A stretch of 64,000 bases of DNA from Paraphysomonas bandaiensis (lineage: Eukaryota > Protista > Chrysophyceae). A program made the translations under genes and the position numbers. The stretch is taken from NCBI GenBank assembly GCA_965644295.1, contig CBFFRP010000565.1, positions 1 through 64,000 on the forward strand, read 5' to 3'. The notes beneath the pieces were generated by a model. It had not been told where the DNA came from, searched no databases, and saw only the letters and a list, made by a program, of their open reading frames with translations. This document shows, piece after piece, positions 61,999 through 64,000 of the stretch (within the stretch, counting starts at the first letter, position 1; the number at the start of each line of letters is the position of its first letter).

Positions 61999-62620
61999 TA
62001 GAGAATGCCTTATTATTAGCAATGGGCGTTTCAGAGTCGAACTAATTTAGCATTGCAATTTAACTAACTAGTGCTTAACCATCAACAAAGTCGGGCTCGC
62101 ATATTTCGTGGTGTTCTGGGGGATAAGTACCGGAGATATTTCTCCTGAAACTAACGGAAGCCACATATATATAGTTAGCAGATATTGTTCTGCCCACTCA
62201 TAGCCAAATGCTTGTGTGGTACAAGGGACAATATAAGTGTCACTTGTGTAGACAGCTTTGGGCCTTGACGTATAAACAGGCATTCGGGAATGGGTCCACC
62301 TCAAGGGCATCCGGGGTATTGGGCTACCTGCTGAAGTCAAGCATCCGGGAATAGGCCCACCTCAAAGGCATCGGGGTATTGAGAGCTTACTGCAGAAGTC
62401 AAGCATCCGGGCTGTTCACCTTGAGTACAGAGAGCGAAAGTGGTTGCATCTTACACTTTGGTGATGCACAAGCAGCTTTCGTAGCGCTAAATAGTAGAAT
62501 ATCAGAGTTAAGCAATAGTTAGTTAAATTATAATGCTACATTGGTTCTGACACTTACATGCCTACAATTGGACGCTACGAAAGCTGCTTGTTCGTCACCG
62601 AAAGCAGCAAGATGCTCTAT
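61999..62620. repeat. Three further fragments of the LINE 3' UTR in mixed orientation
   Basis: 61999-62079 (-), 62435-62552 (+) and 62572-62620 (-) share blocks CAAGCAGCTTTCGTAGCG, GTTAAGCA.TAGTTAGTTAAATT or AACGC..ATTGCTAATAA with each other and with 62672-62848. Confidence 0.8.
62280..62411. repeat. ~61-bp tandem repeat (2 copies plus the start of a third)
   Basis: GCAT(T/C)CGGGAAT.GG.CCACCTCAA.GGCATC..GGGTATTG...GAAGTCAA at 62280 and 62341, restarting at 62403. Confidence 0.85.
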
Positions 62621-62671
62621 CACTCAAAAACCGAACGCAGTGAGAAAGCAGAATAATATATTGAAAGTCTT

Positions 62672-63780
62672 TTTATTTAGCAATAGGCGTTAAAAACTCG
62701 TTCCGATATAGTGGCTAGTTGAATGCTAGATCTACCAGTTAGACCTCTACCCATAACTAATCAGCACAAATTCTATTATCCTACTATTTAGCGCTACAGA
62801 AGCTGCTTGTGCGTCGCCGCAAGCACCAAGGTGCAACCACTTCCGTTCTTAATGTTGTTTGTGAGTTTCGCACTGCTCGTGTGTCTTAGGACTCACTGGC
62901 GCGTGTTGTCCGGGGGTCTCCCCTTGGGATAAGGTTCCGCCAGGCTCTGAGGTACAGGGTTCTGTATTAAGGTCCTGAGTGTACCGAGCACTAGATGTGT
63001 GTGCTGAGAGGTTGATGGTGTGGTGGAATGTGGCGGTGTCGCCGTGCACCGTCTGGGCGTCAGGCATAGGTGGAGTTGCCGGAGACAGTCCTTGGGATGT
63101 CAGTGACTCATGGATGTGATCTCCAAAAGCCGTCTCGAGTTGTGCAGTTGTGATGGTACCCGTCCAGAATCTCTCCACCTGTGGAACGGAAGGATTCCAG
63201 GCCCTGCTGGAGAGCCGCTGTAGTACAGTGGTGGTCCATTGGGGTAGTTCCGGATTTCTCAGCTCTTCTTGAAGCGCGTTTTTGTGGCTGTGAAATGCAG
63301 ACTCCCTTATCTGCGTTATGGCGTCATTTGTACAGTCTAGACACATATGCTTGAGTGAGTCTAGTCGAAATCCGCAGTCAGAACATGCGGCTTTAGCCAG
63401 GTCGAGTCCGTGTTTGGTTTTCGCCCGGTTTCTTCCTATGCTGAAAGATTTGTCCCATGTCAGTGCTGCATTGATTACTCGCTGGCGCAGGTGGGAACTC
63501 ACTTTGTCCTTTGATGGTCCACCATCTGCTTGCGCCAGTTTGCGCGGAAGTAGTGCCCCACTGTCTGTCCAATATCCAGGAGCCCGGTCGGGATTGTGAC
63601 CGTAGCGTTGGTCTCTGAGGGTAGTGTAGGCCTCCAGCGTCCGTTGATTGCGGAGGGATTGGAAATCCGTGAGCAGGGGGCTAGTGCGATACGGCCGTCG
63701 TTCCCCAGTTAGGCGCCAGTGCCATAAACCCTCGGTGAGTATTCGCTCAATGGCTTGGTCCACTTCTATGTTACAGACAG
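62672..63780 (-). mobile_element. 5'-truncated non-LTR retrotransposon (LINE): C-terminal CCHC region plus 3' UTR
   Basis: ORF 62849-63763 carries CSDCG...DSLKHMCLDC, the LINE ORF2 C-terminal zinc-knuckle pattern; the downstream sequence ends in CTATTGCTAAATAAAAA and is repeated nearby. Confidence 0.7.
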
Positions 63781-63886
63781 TGTAATTTTGTCGTCCGAGT
63801 AGTCTATCTACCTCAAGCCAGTCCTGAGCAAGCAGAATGTTGATATATATCTAACATCTTTCTGATGACTTCAGGACTTTTGAGTT

Positions 63887-63983
63887 ACAAGCAGCTTTCC
63901 TGCCTTCGTAGCCTTAAATAGTAGGATATCAGGGGTATGCACTGTCTTGAACGCTTATTGCTAATAATAAGGCATTCGCTAGA
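63887..63983 (+). repeat. Another LINE 3' UTR end, inverted relative to the ORF-bearing copy
   Basis: ACAAGCAGCTTTC..GTAGC..TAAATAGTAGGATATCAG..AACGCTTATTGCTAATAATAAGGCATTC. Confidence 0.8.
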
Positions 63984-64000
63984 GTTTACTGCATGGTATA

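Noticed and set aside
63855-63900. CTGATGA as a possible hammerhead ribozyme core (Penelope-like terminal repeats)
   Set aside because: No properly placed GAAA or closing stems, and the neighbouring ORF has a LINE-type CCHC rather than a GIY-YIG domain

Overview
Eukaryotic nuclear DNA with very short GT-AG introns (mostly 43-57 nt). The gene content (ciliary transition-zone gene, GRK-type kinase, Slo-type channel) suggests a flagellated protist, probably a stramenopile; this is inference. Seven apparently intact host genes are present: a ~4,640-aa BEACH protein (-), an RPGRIP1L/fantom-like protein fused to an IQ motif and a long EF-hand array ending in four near-identical 321-bp repeats (-), a PG-rich (SHIPPO-like) protein (+), a GRK-like kinase with a CaaX tail (-), a two-domain sulfotransferase (+), a PSP1-domain protein (-) and a BK/Slo-type K+ channel (+). 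Six of these form three head-to-head pairs. Transposon debris lies downstream of gene 3' ends. It includes a chromodomain Ty3/gypsy element apparently inserted into a Ty1/copia element that has a 100-bp LTR, two more copies of the gypsy LTR, a hAT deletion-derivative family, a PIF/Harbinger relic, a pogo-like MITE, and a LINE fragment with several copies of its 3' UTR carrying a covarying GNRA hairpin. No CRISPR array, rRNA or tRNA gene was seen. All domain calls come from motif recognition by eye; no database search was run.
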